A stretch of 64,000 nt of DNA from Spirochaetia bacterium (GCA_965203515.1 OZ241907.1:3808001-3872000); one strand, 5' to 3'; positions 19,524-30,826 are shown, numbered from the stretch's first letter. The notes: a model not told the origin generated them from the sequence alone. Translations and numbers: made by a program.

Positions 19524-19641
19524 TGGCCCGCCGGCGCAGTGGCCCCGCCGGCGCAGTGGCCCCGCCGGCGCAGTGGCCCCGCCGGCGCAGTGGCCCCGCC
19601 GGCGCAGTGGCCCCGCCGGCGCAGTGGCCCTGCCGGCGCAG
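19522..19641. repeat. Intergenic 17-bp tandem repeat x7 (VNTR)
   Basis: Unit agtggccccgccggcgc: five exact copies, a first copy missing one C and a last copy with a C>T change; no spacers. Confidence 0.95.
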
Positions 19642-19752
19642 CTCCCTGAGCCGGCAGGCTGCCCCGATTCGCCGCGCCGATCTTTGACTTCCTCAGCCGA
19701 GCCATGCCAAGCTCGCGCAACGCAAAACCACCCATCATCTGGAGGCCGTGCA

Positions 19753-20793
19753 ATGAATCGCAGTCGACTGATCGCCGTTTCGGCAATCGCCCTGGTCCTG
19801 GGCGCGGGCTACGCCCAAGCTCAGGTCATGGCCGTGCAGGGGATGAAGGCCGACCTCGTCCTGCTGCCGAAGTTCATCGGCATCCTGGTCTTCGACCAGG
19901 CGCACGCCGGAGCTCGGGAGGCGCACGAGGAGCTCGGCAATCCGGGTACGCTGGAGTTCATCGGTCCCACCCCGGAGAACAGCGTAGCGGGGCAGATCGA
20001 GATCGTGACGACCGCCACCACGCAGGGCCAGGACGGCATCATGATCTCCAACAACGCCGGCGACCAGATCGCCCCCGCCGCCCGCGCCGCCCGCGCCAGG
20101 GGGCTGACGGTGGTGACGTGGGACTCTCAGATCCCGTCGGCGGAGGGCGAGCAGGTCTTCGTCGCCCAGGTCGACTTCGATGAGACCGGGGTGGTGATGG
20201 CCGACATGGCGCTCAACATTCTGGGCGCAGGCGGCGGCGACTTCGCCGTCCTCTCCGCGACCCCGGACGCCGCCAACCAGAACTCCTGGATCGCCGCCAT
20301 GGAGAACGCCCTCGAGGATCCGAAGTACGCCGCGCTCAATCTCGTCGACGTGGTCTACGGGGACGATCAGTCGGAGAAGAGCTACAACCAAGCGTTGGCG
20401 CTCATCGACAAGTATCCGAACATGGAGCTGATCATGGCCCCGACCACGGTCGGCATCGCCGCCGCCGCCAAGGCGCTGCAGGACGAGGACCTCTGCGACG
20501 AGATCAAGGTGAGCGGCCTTGGCCTGCCGGCGGAGATGGTGAGCTTCACCATGAACGGCTGCGCCCCGGAGTTCGCGCTCTGGAGCTTCGTCGACCTCGG
20601 CTACCTCACCTACTACGTCACCTATCTCATCGCCACCGGGCAGATGGAAGGAGTCGTGGGCGAGACCTTCGAGGCCGGGCGCATGGGGACCTACACCATC
20701 CATGAAGACCCGACCAGAGAGCAGGGACTGCGGGTGCTGATGGGGCCGTTCACGGTCTACGACCGGAACAACGTGGAGGCCGCGGCTCGCTGA
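19753..20793 (+). CDS. Sugar ABC substrate-binding protein (RhaS/LsrB-like)
   Basis: GGAGG RBS, signal peptide, [31 protein letters not shown]. Confidence 0.85.
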   Translation: MNRSRLIAVSAIALVLGAGYAQAQVMAVQGMKADLVLLPKFIGILVFDQAHAGAREAHEELGNPGTLEFIGPTPENSVAGQIEIVTTATTQGQDGIMISNNAGDQIAPAARAARARGLTVVTWDSQIPSAEGEQVFVAQVDFDETGVVMADMALNILGAGGGDFAVLSATPDAANQNSWIAAMENALEDPKYAALNLVDVVYGDDQSEKSYNQALALIDKYPNMELIMAPTTVGIAAAAKALQDEDLCDEIKVSGLGLPAEMVSFTMNGCAPEFALWSFVDLGYLTYYVTYLIATGQMEGVVGETFEAGRMGTYTIHEDPTREQGLRVLMGPFTVYDRNNVEAAAR

Positions 20794-20827
20794 CACGGCG
20801 CTGCGCGCGCCCCATGAGCTCCGCCCC

Positions 20828-22405
20828 GTGACGGAGGGAGCGGCGGGAGCCGGCGGCGCGCCGGCCGCTCGCTCCCCCGCCGCGCCGGTGCTCGAGGTGC
20901 GCGGTCTCTCCAAGCGCTTCGACATGACGCAGGCGCTCCGGGGCGTCTCCCTGTCGCTCCATGCGGGCGAGGTCCACGCCCTGGTCGGCGAGAACGGCGC
21001 CGGCAAGTCGACCTTCATCAAGATCCTGACCGGCGTCGAACGGAGCGACGCCGGGGAAGTGATCGTGGGCGGCGCGGCCGTGCGCCTTGCCAACGCCCAG
21101 GAGGCGCAGGCGAGCGGGCTGGCGGCCGTCTACCAGGAGCCGCTGCTGTTCCCCGATCTCGACGTGGCCGAAAACATCTTCATCACCCACCGCGAGCAAG
21201 GGCTGCTGGTCAACTGGAGGCGCCGGTACGCGGACGCCGAGGAGATCCTGCTGAGCCTTGGCGTCCGGCTCGACGTGCGGGCGCCGGCCCGCGGGCTCAC
21301 GCTGGCGGCGCAGCAGCAGGTGGAGATCGCCAAGGCGATCTCGCTCGACGTGAAGGTGCTCATCATGGACGAGCCGACCGCATCGCTCTCCGAACATGAA
21401 GTCGAGCAGCTCTTCCGGGTGGCCCGCCAGTTGCGCGACCGGGGGGTGGCGGTGATCTTCATCACCCACCGGCTGGAGGAAGTGTTCCGCATCGCGGACC
21501 GGATCACGGTGTTGCGCGACGGCCGGCACGTCTCCACCCGCCTCGCGGCGGAGGTGACGCGGGACCTGCTGATCCGCGACATGGTCGGCCGGGACGTGAG
21601 CCATTTCTACGGGGTCCGGCCGGCGCGGACGATCGGCAAGCGGGTGTGTCGCGTGCGCGGCCTTGGCCTGGAGGGGGTCTTTGCCGGGATCGACTTCGAC
21701 CTGCACGCCGGCGAGGTGCTGGGATTTGCGGGGCTGGTCGGGTCGCGCCGCACGGACGTGGGCCTTGCCCTGTTCGGCATGCAGCCGGCCGACCGCGGCG
21801 CCGTCGAGATCGACGGCCGGGAAGGGCGGATCGCCTCGCCCCGGGCCGCCCAGCAGCTCGGCATCGCCTACATGACCGAGGACCGCCGCAAGTTCGGGCT
21901 TGCCATGCCGCTGTCGATCACGGCCAACGTGACGTTGCCGGTGCTCCGCCGCTATCTCTCCCGGATCGGCCTCATCCGCCCCGCCCGGGAAGCGGCGGCG
22001 GCCGAAGGGTTCCGGCAACGGTTGCGGATCAAGGCGCCCTCCGTGGCGCACGTGGTCGGCAAGCTTTCCGGCGGCAACCAGCAGAAGGTGATGTTCGGCA
22101 AGTGGCTCAATACCCGGCCGAGGATCCTCGTCCTCGACGAGCCGACCCGGGGGATCGACGTCGGGGCCAAGGCCGAGGTTCACGCCATGGTGCGCGAGCT
22201 GGCCGGGGAAGGGATGGCGATCATCTTCATCTCCTCCGATCTGCCGGAGGTGCTGGCGATGAGCGACCGCACCCTGGTCATGCGCGAGGGGCGGCAGATG
22301 GGCATCCTGGGGCGGGACGAAGCGACCCAGGAGGCGGTCATGTCGCTGGCGACCGGCGAGCGGGGCCGGACGGCGGCCGCCGCCGCAGAGGATACGGCGT
22401 CGTGA
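20828..22405 (+). CDS. Sugar ABC ATP-binding protein (two ABC domains)
   Basis: [36 protein letters not shown]. Confidence 0.92.
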   Translation: MTEGAAGAGGAPAARSPAAPVLEVRGLSKRFDMTQALRGVSLSLHAGEVHALVGENGAGKSTFIKILTGVERSDAGEVIVGGAAVRLANAQEAQASGLAAVYQEPLLFPDLDVAENIFITHREQGLLVNWRRRYADAEEILLSLGVRLDVRAPARGLTLAAQQQVEIAKAISLDVKVLIMDEPTASLSEHEVEQLFRVARQLRDRGVAVIFITHRLEEVFRIADRITVLRDGRHVSTRLAAEVTRDLLIRDMVGRDVSHFYGVRPARTIGKRVCRVRGLGLEGVFAGIDFDLHAGEVLGFAGLVGSRRTDVGLALFGMQPADRGAVEIDGREGRIASPRAAQQLGIAYMTEDRRKFGLAMPLSITANVTLPVLRRYLSRIGLIRPAREAAAAEGFRQRLRIKAPSVAHVVGKLSGGNQQKVMFGKWLNTRPRILVLDEPTRGIDVGAKAEVHAMVRELAGEGMAIIFISSDLPEVLAMSDRTLVMREGRQMGILGRDEATQEAVMSLATGERGRTAAAAAEDTAS

Positions 22406-23391
22406 GACCGGGCGCCGGCCGCCTGCGCGCGGAGACGCGGCGCGAGGGCGTGCTGGTCCTGCTCATCGTGCTGGTGCTGGCCGGGTTCTCCCTGTTCATC
22501 GAGAACTATCTGAGCGCTCGCCTCTTCAATCGAGTGTCGGCCAGCGTCACGATCCTGGCCGTCATCGCCATCGGCCAGACGCTGGTGGTGCTCACCCGCA
22601 ACATCGACCTTTCGGTCAGCTCCGTCGTCGGCTTCACCGCCTACTTCGTGGGCCGCCAGCTCTCGCTCGCCAACGACATCCATCCGCTCGCGGCGGTGCT
22701 GATCTGCATCGGCCTGGGAGCCGCGCTCGGCGCCTGCAACGGCGTACTGGTCGCCTACTGCCGGGTGCCCGCCATCATCGTCACCCTCGGCACCCTTGCC
22801 CTCTACCGCACCCTGCTGGTCGAGTACTCCGGCGCGCAGACGGTCCTCACGGTCGACCTGCCCCAGTGGCTGCTCGATCTCCCGCGCCTCAACGTGGTGA
22901 GCTGGGGACGGTTGCATCTGCGGGTGGTGGTGGTGGTCATGCTGGCCGTGGCGGTCTTCTTCCAGCTCCTGCTCCGGTACTCCTCGTTCGGCCGGCGGCT
23001 CTACGCGATCGGTTCGAACCCCGACGCCGCCCGCAGCGCCGGATTTCCGACCCGGCGGCTCGTGTTCTCCGCCTTCACGCTGTGCGGGGCGCTGGCCGGG
23101 CTGGCCGGTTTCCTCTTCCTGGCCCGGTTCGGCAACATCACGGTGGTGGCGGGTCTCGGCCTGGAACTCAAGTCGGTGGCCGCGGTGGTCGTGGGCGGCG
23201 TCAACATCTTCGGCGGCTCCGGCAGCATCCTCGGCGCCGTGCTGGGAGCGATCCTCATCGATCTCCTCGAAAACAGTCTCATCCGCTCCCTGCAGGTGAG
23301 CGAGTTCCTGCGCGACGCCCTGCTCGGCCTGCTGATCCTGGCCTCGGTCGCGCTCGACAGCGTGCTCATGAAGCGCCGGCGGAACCGATGA
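22402..23391 (+). CDS. Sugar ABC permease
   Basis: GTGA overlap with the ATPase; [29 protein letters not shown]. Confidence 0.9.
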   Translation: MRPGAGRLRAETRREGVLVLLIVLVLAGFSLFIENYLSARLFNRVSASVTILAVIAIGQTLVVLTRNIDLSVSSVVGFTAYFVGRQLSLANDIHPLAAVLICIGLGAALGACNGVLVAYCRVPAIIVTLGTLALYRTLLVEYSGAQTVLTVDLPQWLLDLPRLNVVSWGRLHLRVVVVVMLAVAVFFQLLLRYSSFGRRLYAIGSNPDAARSAGFPTRRLVFSAFTLCGALAGLAGFLFLARFGNITVVAGLGLELKSVAAVVVGGVNIFGGSGSILGAVLGAILIDLLENSLIRSLQVSEFLRDALLGLLILASVALDSVLMKRRRNR

Positions 23392-24368
23392 GCGGCATGG
23401 CGGCCGCGATCGGCGCCCGACTCAGGAGCTGGGAGGGATTCCTGGCCGCGCTGCTGCTCCTCATCGTCGGGATGAACGCCGTCACCTCCCCGTCCTTCCT
23501 CAGCGTCGACAACCAGATCAACCTCTTCGCGCTCTCGATCGAGAAGGTGATCGTCGCCCTCATCATGACCTTCGTGATCCTGAACGGAGAGATCGACCTC
23601 TCGGTCGCGTCGATGATGGGGCTCTCCGCCTGCGCCCTCGGCTGGCTGATCCAGCAGGGCGTCCCCACGCCGGCGGCGCTGGTCATCTGCCTCCTGGTCG
23701 GGATTCTCGGCGGCGCGTTCAACGGGTTCTGGATCACCGCGGTGCGCCTGCCGTCGCTGGTGGTGACGCTGGCGATGCTGATCGGCTTTCGGGGATTCGC
23801 CCGCGTGCTCATCGAAGACCGGTCGATCAAGGAGTTCCCGGCCTGGTTCGAGGCGCTCGGCCAGCAGCCGCTGCTCGGCCCGTTCCCGCTCTCCCTGCTG
23901 GTCTTCTTCGGCCTGCTGGTGCTGGCGGTGATCGTCCTGCGGTACAGCGGGTTCGGCCGGCAGGTGCAGGTCATCGGCATCAACCAGGAGGTCGCCCGCT
24001 ACTCCGGCATCGACGTCGCGCGGGTCAAGCTGCTCCTGTTCACGACCTCCGGGCTGCTCTCCGCGCTGGCGGGAATCCTGTTCGCGGCGCGCCTCGGCAC
24101 CGTGCGGGGGGACATGGGGCTCGGCTTCGAGCTCGACATCATCACGATCGTGCTGCTCGGCGGGGTGAGCATCTTCGGCGGCGCCGGGTCGATCTACGGC
24201 GTGCTCCTGTCGATCCTCATCGTGCTCTACCTGCGCAACGGCATGTCGCTCAGCAACATCACCGGGCACCTGCAGGCCGGCGTGATCGGCATCATCCTCA
24301 TCCTGTCCGCCATGATCCCGAACGTGCGCAGCTTTCTGGCCCGCGTCGCGGGCTCGGGGCGCCGCTGA
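23388..24368 (+). CDS. Sugar ABC permease
   Basis: ATGA overlap; [24 protein letters not shown]. Confidence 0.9.
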   Translation: MSGMAAAIGARLRSWEGFLAALLLLIVGMNAVTSPSFLSVDNQINLFALSIEKVIVALIMTFVILNGEIDLSVASMMGLSACALGWLIQQGVPTPAALVICLLVGILGGAFNGFWITAVRLPSLVVTLAMLIGFRGFARVLIEDRSIKEFPAWFEALGQQPLLGPFPLSLLVFFGLLVLAVIVLRYSGFGRQVQVIGINQEVARYSGIDVARVKLLLFTTSGLLSALAGILFAARLGTVRGDMGLGFELDIITIVLLGGVSIFGGAGSIYGVLLSILIVLYLRNGMSLSNITGHLQAGVIGIILILSAMIPNVRSFLARVAGSGRR

Positions 24369-24463
24369 TCGGCGTGCGACCGCTTGCATGACTCGGCCGT
24401 TTCGCCGAGCATGCTCATCACGCGCGGCGCGCGCCGCGCACCGACCGATACGGAGGAGTCAAG

Positions 24464-25450
24464 GTGCGACGAGTATTCTGTGCGGGAGCGATCGCCCTGT
24501 TGTGCGCGGTCGCCGCCGCGGCCCAGATCAAGCCGGCCGTCGTGTACGACGTCGGCAGCAAGTTCGACAAGTCGTTCAACGAGGGCGTCTACAACGGCGC
24601 CGAGCGGTTCACGGAGGAGACCGGCGTCGCCTACGCCGAGTTCCAGATCTCCACCGAGGCGCAGCGCGAGCAGGCGCTGCGCAACTTCGCGCGCCGCGGC
24701 TACAGCCCGATCATCGCCGTCGGCTTCAGTCAGGCGCCGGCGCTGGACAAGGTGGCCGCCGAGTACCCGGACACCAGCTTCTCGATCATCGACATGGTCG
24801 TGGATCGCCCCAACGTGCAGTCGATCGTGTTCAAGGAGCATGAAGGATCGTTTCTGGTCGGCATGATCGCCGCCCTGTCGTCGGAGACCGGCACGGTCGG
24901 CTTTGTCGGCGGCATGGACATACCGTTGATCCGGCGGTTCGCCTGCGGCTACGAGCAGGGGGTGAGGTACGTCGACCCGGACGCCGAGATCTACCAGAAC
25001 ATGGCCGGCACCACGCCGGCGGCGTGGACCGATCCGGTCAAGGGCGCGGAGCTGGCCAAGTCGCAGTTCGACCGCGGCGCGGACGTGGTGTTCGCCGCGG
25101 CCGGCGCCACCGGGCTCGGCGTGCTGCAGGCGGCCGCCGACGGCGGCAAGCTGTCGATCGGCGTCGACTCCAACCAGAACTACCTGCACCCGGGATCGGT
25201 GCTGACCTCGATGCTCAAGCGGGTCGACGTGGCCGCCTACGACGTCTACAAGAGCGCCATGGATGATGCCTGGGAGCCGGGCGTCCGCGTCCTGGGCTTG
25301 GCCGAGGACGGCGTGGGCTGGGCGCTGGACGAGCACAACGAGTCGCTGATCAGCGCGGAGACGGCCGAGCGCGTGGAGGCCGCCCGGTCGGCCATCGTCG
25401 CCGGCGAGATACCGGTCCACGACTACATGGCGACCAACTCCTGCCCGTAG
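24464..25450 (+). CDS. BMP-family ABC substrate-binding protein (nucleoside/purine)
   Basis: DKSFN, FKEHEGSFLVG, GFVGG, IGVDSNQ, SMLKRVD; GGAGG RBS. Confidence 0.9.
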   Translation: MRRVFCAGAIALLCAVAAAAQIKPAVVYDVGSKFDKSFNEGVYNGAERFTEETGVAYAEFQISTEAQREQALRNFARRGYSPIIAVGFSQAPALDKVAAEYPDTSFSIIDMVVDRPNVQSIVFKEHEGSFLVGMIAALSSETGTVGFVGGMDIPLIRRFACGYEQGVRYVDPDAEIYQNMAGTTPAAWTDPVKGAELAKSQFDRGADVVFAAAGATGLGVLQAAADGGKLSIGVDSNQNYLHPGSVLTSMLKRVDVAAYDVYKSAMDDAWEPGVRVLGLAEDGVGWALDEHNESLISAETAERVEAARSAIVAGEIPVHDYMATNSCP

Positions 25451-25464
25451 CCGGCGACGAACTG

Positions 25465-25518
25465 CACGGCGACGGCCCGCACGGCGACGGCCCGGACGGG
25501 GATGGCCCGCACGGCGAT
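25465..25518. repeat. 15-bp tandem repeat (about 3.6 copies)
   Basis: cacggcgacggcccg x2, gacggggatggcccg, then cacggcgat; reads HGDGP in frame with the next gene. Confidence 0.8.
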
Positions 25519-25533
25519 GCGCCTGCGGTCGCG

Positions 25534-27042
25534 TTGCGCGGCATCGACAAGCGGTTCGGCTCCGTGCAGGCCAACCGGGGGGTGTCGCTGGAGATAGCGC
25601 GGGGGTCGATCCACGGCATCGTCGGCGAGAACGGCGCCGGCAAGTCGACCCTGATGAGCATCCTCTACGGGTTCTACCGGGCGGACGCCGGCGCCATCGA
25701 GGTGGGAGGCCGCCCGGCGGCGATCGCCAGCCCGCGCGACGCGATCGCCGCCGGCATCGGCATGGTCCATCAGCACTTCATGCTGGTGGAGCCGCTCACG
25801 GTGGTGGAGAACGTCCTGTTGGGCGTCGAGGGGGGAGCGCGGCTGACCCCCGGCCTGCGCCGCGCGCGCGCGGCGCTGATCCGCCTGGCGCAGGAGTACG
25901 GTCTGGAGGTCGATCTCGACGCCGCGGTCGGGGACCTGCCGGTCGGCATCCAGCAGCGCGTGGAGATCCTCAAGGCGCTCTACCGCGGCGCCGAGACCCT
26001 GATCCTGGACGAGCCGACCGGCGTGCTGACGCCGCAGGAGGCCGACGAGCTGTTCCGCATTCTGGCCGCGTTGCAACGTCAGGGCCGCACCATGATCCTG
26101 ATCACCCACAAGCTGCGCGAGATCATGGCGGTCACCGATCGGGTGACGGTGATGCGGCGCGGCGAGGTGGTCGCCAACGTGCGGACCGCCGAGACTTCGC
26201 AGGAGCGTCTGGCGGAGCTGATGGTGGGCCGCAAGGTGCTGTTTCGGGTAGAGAAGCGCCCCGCCGAGCCGGGCGGCGTGATGCTCCGGGCCGACCGTCT
26301 GAGCTATACCGACCCGGCCGGCGTGCGCCGCGTGCGGGACGTGAGCCTGGCCGTGCGCGCGGGCGAGATCGTCGGCATCGCCGGCGTGGCCGGCAACGGC
26401 CAGTCGGAGCTGCTGGCGCTGCTGGCCGGGATCGCGCAGCCGGACGCCGGCACGGTGCAGGTGCGCGGCCGCGTGGTGCGCGACGAACGGGCCGCGGCCG
26501 ACGCGCGCCGCATGCGCCATGCCGGCCTGGGCCACGTGCCGGAGGACCGGCAGCGCATGGGCCTGGTCGCCGGCTTCGCGGCCTGCGAATCGGCCATCCT
26601 GGGCTACCATCGCGACCGCGCCTACAACGGCGCGCTGCTGATGCACCGCCGCCGCGTCGTCGCGGCGTCCCGGCGGCAGATGGCGGAGTTCGACGTCCGG
26701 CCGGCCGATCCGCTGCTCCGCAGCGACGCCTTTTCCGGCGGCAACCAGCAGAAGATCATCGTCTCCCGCGAGCTCGACCGCGACCCTGACGTCCTGCTCA
26801 TCGGCCAGCCGACGCGCGGCCTCGACATCGGCGCGATCGAGTTCATCCACCGCCGCCTGATCCTGCTGCGCGACCGCGGCATGGCGATCCTGCTGGTGTC
26901 GGTCGAGCTGGACGAGATCATGGCGTTGAGCGACCGCATCCTGGTGATGTTCGAGGGCGCCATCGCCGGCGAGGTGGCGGGCCGCGACGCATCCGAGCAG
27001 GTCATCGGCCCGTTGATGGCCGGCGTCGGCGCGGCGGCCTGA
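25534..27042 (+). CDS. Nucleoside-type ABC ATP-binding protein (true start probably upstream)
   Basis: [29 protein letters not shown]. Confidence 0.88.
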   Translation: MRGIDKRFGSVQANRGVSLEIARGSIHGIVGENGAGKSTLMSILYGFYRADAGAIEVGGRPAAIASPRDAIAAGIGMVHQHFMLVEPLTVVENVLLGVEGGARLTPGLRRARAALIRLAQEYGLEVDLDAAVGDLPVGIQQRVEILKALYRGAETLILDEPTGVLTPQEADELFRILAALQRQGRTMILITHKLREIMAVTDRVTVMRRGEVVANVRTAETSQERLAELMVGRKVLFRVEKRPAEPGGVMLRADRLSYTDPAGVRRVRDVSLAVRAGEIVGIAGVAGNGQSELLALLAGIAQPDAGTVQVRGRVVRDERAAADARRMRHAGLGHVPEDRQRMGLVAGFAACESAILGYHRDRAYNGALLMHRRRVVAASRRQMAEFDVRPADPLLRSDAFSGGNQQKIIVSRELDRDPDVLLIGQPTRGLDIGAIEFIHRRLILLRDRGMAILLVSVELDEIMALSDRILVMFEGAIAGEVAGRDASEQVIGPLMAGVGAAA

Positions 27043-27079
27043 ACGCCCGCCCCGACGCGCGCCTTGAGGTGACCGGCTG

Positions 27080-28195
27080 ATGGCCGCCGCCGCGCCGGGA
27101 GCGGGCCTGCCGCGGTGGGCGACCGCCGGTCTGCTGCCGCTGGTGAACCTGGCGGCGGCCTTCGTGGTGGCCGGCGTCGTGATCGTGCTGCTCGGCGAAA
27201 GCCCGACCCAGGCGCTGCTGGTGCTGATCCGCGGGGCGTTCGGGTTCCGCGAAGCGTGGGGCTATACCCTCTATTACGCCACCAACTTCATCTTCACCGC
27301 CCTGGCGGTCTCGGTCGCGCTGCATTGCGGCCTGTTCAACATCGGCGGCGAAGGTCAGGGCTACGTCGGCGGCCTTGGCGTCGGTCTGGTCTGCCTGTTC
27401 CTCGACCGGCTGCCGCCGGTAGTGCTGGCGCCGCTGGCGGTCCTGGCCGGCGCCCTGTTCGGCGGACTGTGGGCCTGGATTCCGGGCTATCTGCAGGCCC
27501 GGCGCGGCTCGCACGTCGTCATCACCACCATCATGTTCAACTTCATCGCCGCCGCGCTCATGGTCTATCTGCTGGTGAACGTCCTGATCGACCCCGGTCA
27601 GATGTCGCCGCAGAGCCGCACGTTCGCCGAGCATGCCCGGCTGCCGGCCATGCACGAAGCGCTCGGCTGGCTCGGCATCGACTTTCCGCGCACCCCGCTC
27701 AGCGTGGCGTTTCCGTGGGCGCTGGCGTGCGGGGCGCTGGTATGGGTCTTCATCTGGCACACGCGCTGGGGCTACGAGCTGCGCGCGGTCGGCGCCAACC
27801 CGACCGCGGCGGTGTACGCCGGCATCTCGCCGGCGCGCAACATCGTGCGCGCCATGGCGATCTCCGGCGCGCTGGCCGGCATGATGGGCCTGAACGAGGT
27901 GATGGGGGCGAACCACCGCCTGCTGCTCAACTTCACCGCCGGCTACGGGTTCGTCGGCATCGCCGTATCGCTGATGGGACGCAACCATCCGCTCGGCATC
28001 GTGTTGGCCAGCCTGCTGTTCGGGGCGCTCTATCAGGGCGGCGCCGAGCTGGCGTTCGAGATGCCGCGCGTGAGCCGCGAGCTGGTGGTGGTGATCCAGG
28101 GGCTGGTGATCCTGTTCGTCGGGGCGCTGGAGTACCTGTTCCGGCCGGTGCTGCTCCCCTGGTTTCGCGCCCGGCGGCGGCGGACGGCGGCGTAG
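27080..28195 (+). CDS. Nucleoside-type ABC permease
   Basis: FNIGGEGQ, VITTIMFN, GYELRAVGAN, GFVGIAVSLMG. Confidence 0.9.
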   Translation: MAAAAPGAGLPRWATAGLLPLVNLAAAFVVAGVVIVLLGESPTQALLVLIRGAFGFREAWGYTLYYATNFIFTALAVSVALHCGLFNIGGEGQGYVGGLGVGLVCLFLDRLPPVVLAPLAVLAGALFGGLWAWIPGYLQARRGSHVVITTIMFNFIAAALMVYLLVNVLIDPGQMSPQSRTFAEHARLPAMHEALGWLGIDFPRTPLSVAFPWALACGALVWVFIWHTRWGYELRAVGANPTAAVYAGISPARNIVRAMAISGALAGMMGLNEVMGANHRLLLNFTAGYGFVGIAVSLMGRNHPLGIVLASLLFGALYQGGAELAFEMPRVSRELVVVIQGLVILFVGALEYLFRPVLLPWFRARRRRTAA

Positions 28196-28198
28196 CCG

Positions 28199-29230
28199 AT
28201 GGAGCCGTTCGGGTTCTTCATCCTGCTGCTCGACGCCACCCTCCGCGTGTCGGTGCCGCTGGTGCTGGCGTCGCTGGCGGGGCTCTTCTCGGAACGGTCG
28301 GGGATCGTCGACATCGGCCTGGAGGGCAAGATGCTCGGCGGCGCGTTCGCGGCCGCCGCCGCTTCGTACGCCTGCGCGGAGCTGCTGGCCGGCCTTCCCG
28401 CGCTGCTGCCGGCGGCGGCCTGGGTCGGCCTGGCGGCCGGCATCGCCTGTTCGGTGCTGCTGGCGCTGCTGCACGGCGTGGCGTGCATCCGCTTCCACGG
28501 CAACCAGATCGTCTCCGGCGTGGCGATCAACATCCTCATGTCGGGCCTGACCGTGCTGCTGGCGATCGCCTGGTTCGGACAGGGCGGACGCACGCCGCAG
28601 CTGCCGCCCGAGGGGCGGTTCCGGCCGCTGACGTGGCCGGGCGCGGAGGCGGTTCGGGACGTGCCGGTGATCGGCCACCTGTACGGGGAGCTCCTGTCCG
28701 GCCACAACGTCCTGGTGTACGCGGCGTTTCTGACGGTGCCGCTGGCGTTCCGGGTGATCTATCACACGCGCTTCGGGCTGCGGCTGCGCGCCGTGGGCGA
28801 GAATCCGGAGGCGGTCGACACGGCGGGCATCTCGGTGGCCGCGATCCGGTACCGCGCGGTGCTGGTATGCGGAGCATTGTGCGGGGCGGCCGGCGCCTAC
28901 CTGGCCACCGCCCAGTCGGCGGCGTTCATCCGGGACATGACCGCCGGCAAGGGGTTCATCGCGCTGGCCGCGCTGGTCTTTGGCAAGTGGCGCCCGGTCC
29001 GCACGCTGATCGCCTGCCTGCTGTTCGGATTCCTGGAGGCGGTGGCCGCCCGGCTGCAGGGCGCGTTCGACCTGCAGGCGACCGCCGGCCCGGTGCGCGC
29101 GCTGGTAGAGGCGGCGCCGTTCATCATCGAGGCGCTGCCCTACGCGCTGGTCGTGCTGCTGCTGGCCGGCTTCGTGGGCCGCGCCGTCGCGCCGAAGGCG
29201 ATCGGCGTCCCGTACGTCAAGTCGGGATAG
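28199..29230 (+). CDS. Nucleoside-type ABC permease
   Basis: SERSGIVDIGLEG, GLRLRAVGENP, GFIALAALVFGKW. Confidence 0.9.
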   Translation: MEPFGFFILLLDATLRVSVPLVLASLAGLFSERSGIVDIGLEGKMLGGAFAAAAASYACAELLAGLPALLPAAAWVGLAAGIACSVLLALLHGVACIRFHGNQIVSGVAINILMSGLTVLLAIAWFGQGGRTPQLPPEGRFRPLTWPGAEAVRDVPVIGHLYGELLSGHNVLVYAAFLTVPLAFRVIYHTRFGLRLRAVGENPEAVDTAGISVAAIRYRAVLVCGALCGAAGAYLATAQSAAFIRDMTAGKGFIALAALVFGKWRPVRTLIACLLFGFLEAVAARLQGAFDLQATAGPVRALVEAAPFIIEALPYALVVLLLAGFVGRAVAPKAIGVPYVKSG

Positions 29231-29269
29231 AGCTCGATGAGGCGCGCCGGACGCCGGCCGGCCGCAGCT

Positions 29270-30826
29270 TCACATGCCCCAGACGTCGATCGGCGCCGCG
29301 GCGGCGCCGCGCCGATGGTGGAATATCTTTTCCTCCCAGGTCCGGCCCTCCCGGCAGTCGATCACCACCAGGTGCGCCGCCTCCGCCGCGCAGCGCGCCG
29401 CGTACCCCGCGGTCTGCTCCACCCCCTCGGCGATGGTCCGCTCCAGCCCGTCGCGCTCCCGCACCACCTTGCACTCCACCACAACCTCCTGCGCCCGCAC
29501 CCCCGCCGGCCACACGATCAGCAGGTCGACCCGCCCGCGGCCCAGCGCGTATTCCCGCTCGATGCGCCCGCCGCCGTTCACCACCCGCTGCAGGTACGCC
29601 TGCAGCAGCAGCTGCGGCCACGCCTCCGCATAGGCAAAGCGGTCCCGCCAGTGCTCGGAGTGGCGCCGGAAGAAGCTCTGGAACTCCCCCAGCAGCAATG
29701 CCGCGTTCAGGCTGCCGTCCGCGCGCACGTAGCGCGGCGGCGACAGGTCGAGCGTCTCCTGCGCCACCCACGACAGCTCGCGCGGCAGCACCTCGGCGTA
29801 GATCGGGTTGGCGATGCGCACTGGCGCCTCGCGGGCGAGCAGCCCCAGGTCGCGCGCGTAGCCGAGGTCGCGGTCGCTGATGGCGTAGCGGTCGGCGCCG
29901 GTCAGCATCGGCTCGATCACCCGCCGCACGCGCTCCTCGCGCAGCTTGTCGGCCAGGTAATCGAGGTGGGTCACCCGATCGATGATGAGTTCCTCCCGGA
30001 CGACGGCGACCGCGGCGGCGGTGACCGGACGCGAACGGTCTTCGCGCAGCGCCTTGTTGCGGAAGCAGGCGCCGTAGGCCAGCGCGTTGACCAGCCACGG
30101 CTGGCCGCAGGTCTGCGTCCAGACCGCTTCCAGCGCCTCCGGCGCGAACGGCTGGCCGGTCTGCCCGGTATGCTGGCCGAGCAGGGCCAGCGTCTCGGCG
30201 CGCGAGAAGTCGCCCAGCCGCAGCGACGCGGCGGCGATGTTGAAGGGGCTGCCGGTTGCGCCCATGCGGTAGTCGCGCACGTCGCGCAGGCCGCACAGCA
30301 CGACGCTCTGCGGGAAGCGCGCCGGACGGTCGGGGTAGCCGGCGCGGAGTTGCTGCAGCACCGCCAGCAGCGAATCGCCCACCAGCGTGTCGATCTCATC
30401 GATCAGCAGCACCAGCGGCCGCGGCGCCGCCTGCGCCCAGCGCCGCAAGGCGGTGCGCAACGCCATGTTCGGCCCGAACTTGGCGAGGATGTCGGGCCAC
30501 GCCTCGTCCAGGAAGCGATCGTCCAACGCCGCGTCGGCCGCCTCCGCCAGCGAGGCGAGCACCACCTGCACCGCCTGCTGCACGTCGTCGCGGGCGGTGC
30601 GGGCGGTCTCCACGGTGACGTACACGCAGTGGTAGCCGCGTTCGTTCAGCGCCTCGGCCAGCGCCAGCAGCGTCGAGGTCTTGCCGGTCTGCCGCGGCGC
30701 GTGCAGCACGAAGTACTTCTTGTCCCGCACCAGGCCGAGCACTTCGTCCGGATCGATCCGCGACAGCGGCGGAATCGAGTAGTGATCGGCCGGCACGACC
30801 GGGCCGGCGGTATTGAACGAGCGCAT
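29270..30826 (-). CDS. AAA ATPase with C-terminal PD-(D/E)XK nuclease-like domain (copy 1, intact)
   Basis: FNTAGP start, Walker A APRQTGKT, Walker B LLIDEID, C-terminal ERE...GRVDLLI...VVECK. Confidence 0.85.
   Translation of the reverse strand: MRSFNTAGPVVPADHYSIPPLSRIDPDEVLGLVRDKKYFVLHAPRQTGKTSTLLALAEALNERGYHCVYVTVETARTARDDVQQAVQVVLASLAEAADAALDDRFLDEAWPDILAKFGPNMALRTALRRWAQAAPRPLVLLIDEIDTLVGDSLLAVLQQLRAGYPDRPARFPQSVVLCGLRDVRDYRMGATGSPFNIAAASLRLGDFSRAETLALLGQHTGQTGQPFAPEALEAVWTQTCGQPWLVNALAYGACFRNKALREDRSRPVTAAAVAVVREELIIDRVTHLDYLADKLREERVRRVIEPMLTGADRYAISDRDLGYARDLGLLAREAPVRIANPIYAEVLPRELSWVAQETLDLSPPRYVRADGSLNAALLLGEFQSFFRRHSEHWRDRFAYAEAWPQLLLQAYLQRVVNGGGRIEREYALGRGRVDLLIVWPAGVRAQEVVVECKVVRERDGLERTIAEGVEQTAGYAARCAAEAAHLVVIDCREGRTWEEKIFHHRRGAAAAPIDVWGM

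Noticed and set aside
19522..19641. CRISPR array
   Set aside because: Units are contiguous 17-mers with no unique spacers, and there are no cas genes in the window.
27115..29880. 921-aa Arg/Gly/Ala-rich ORF and similar long alternative-frame ORFs
   Set aside because: Out-of-frame shadows of real genes, expected at this GC content; no domain motifs.
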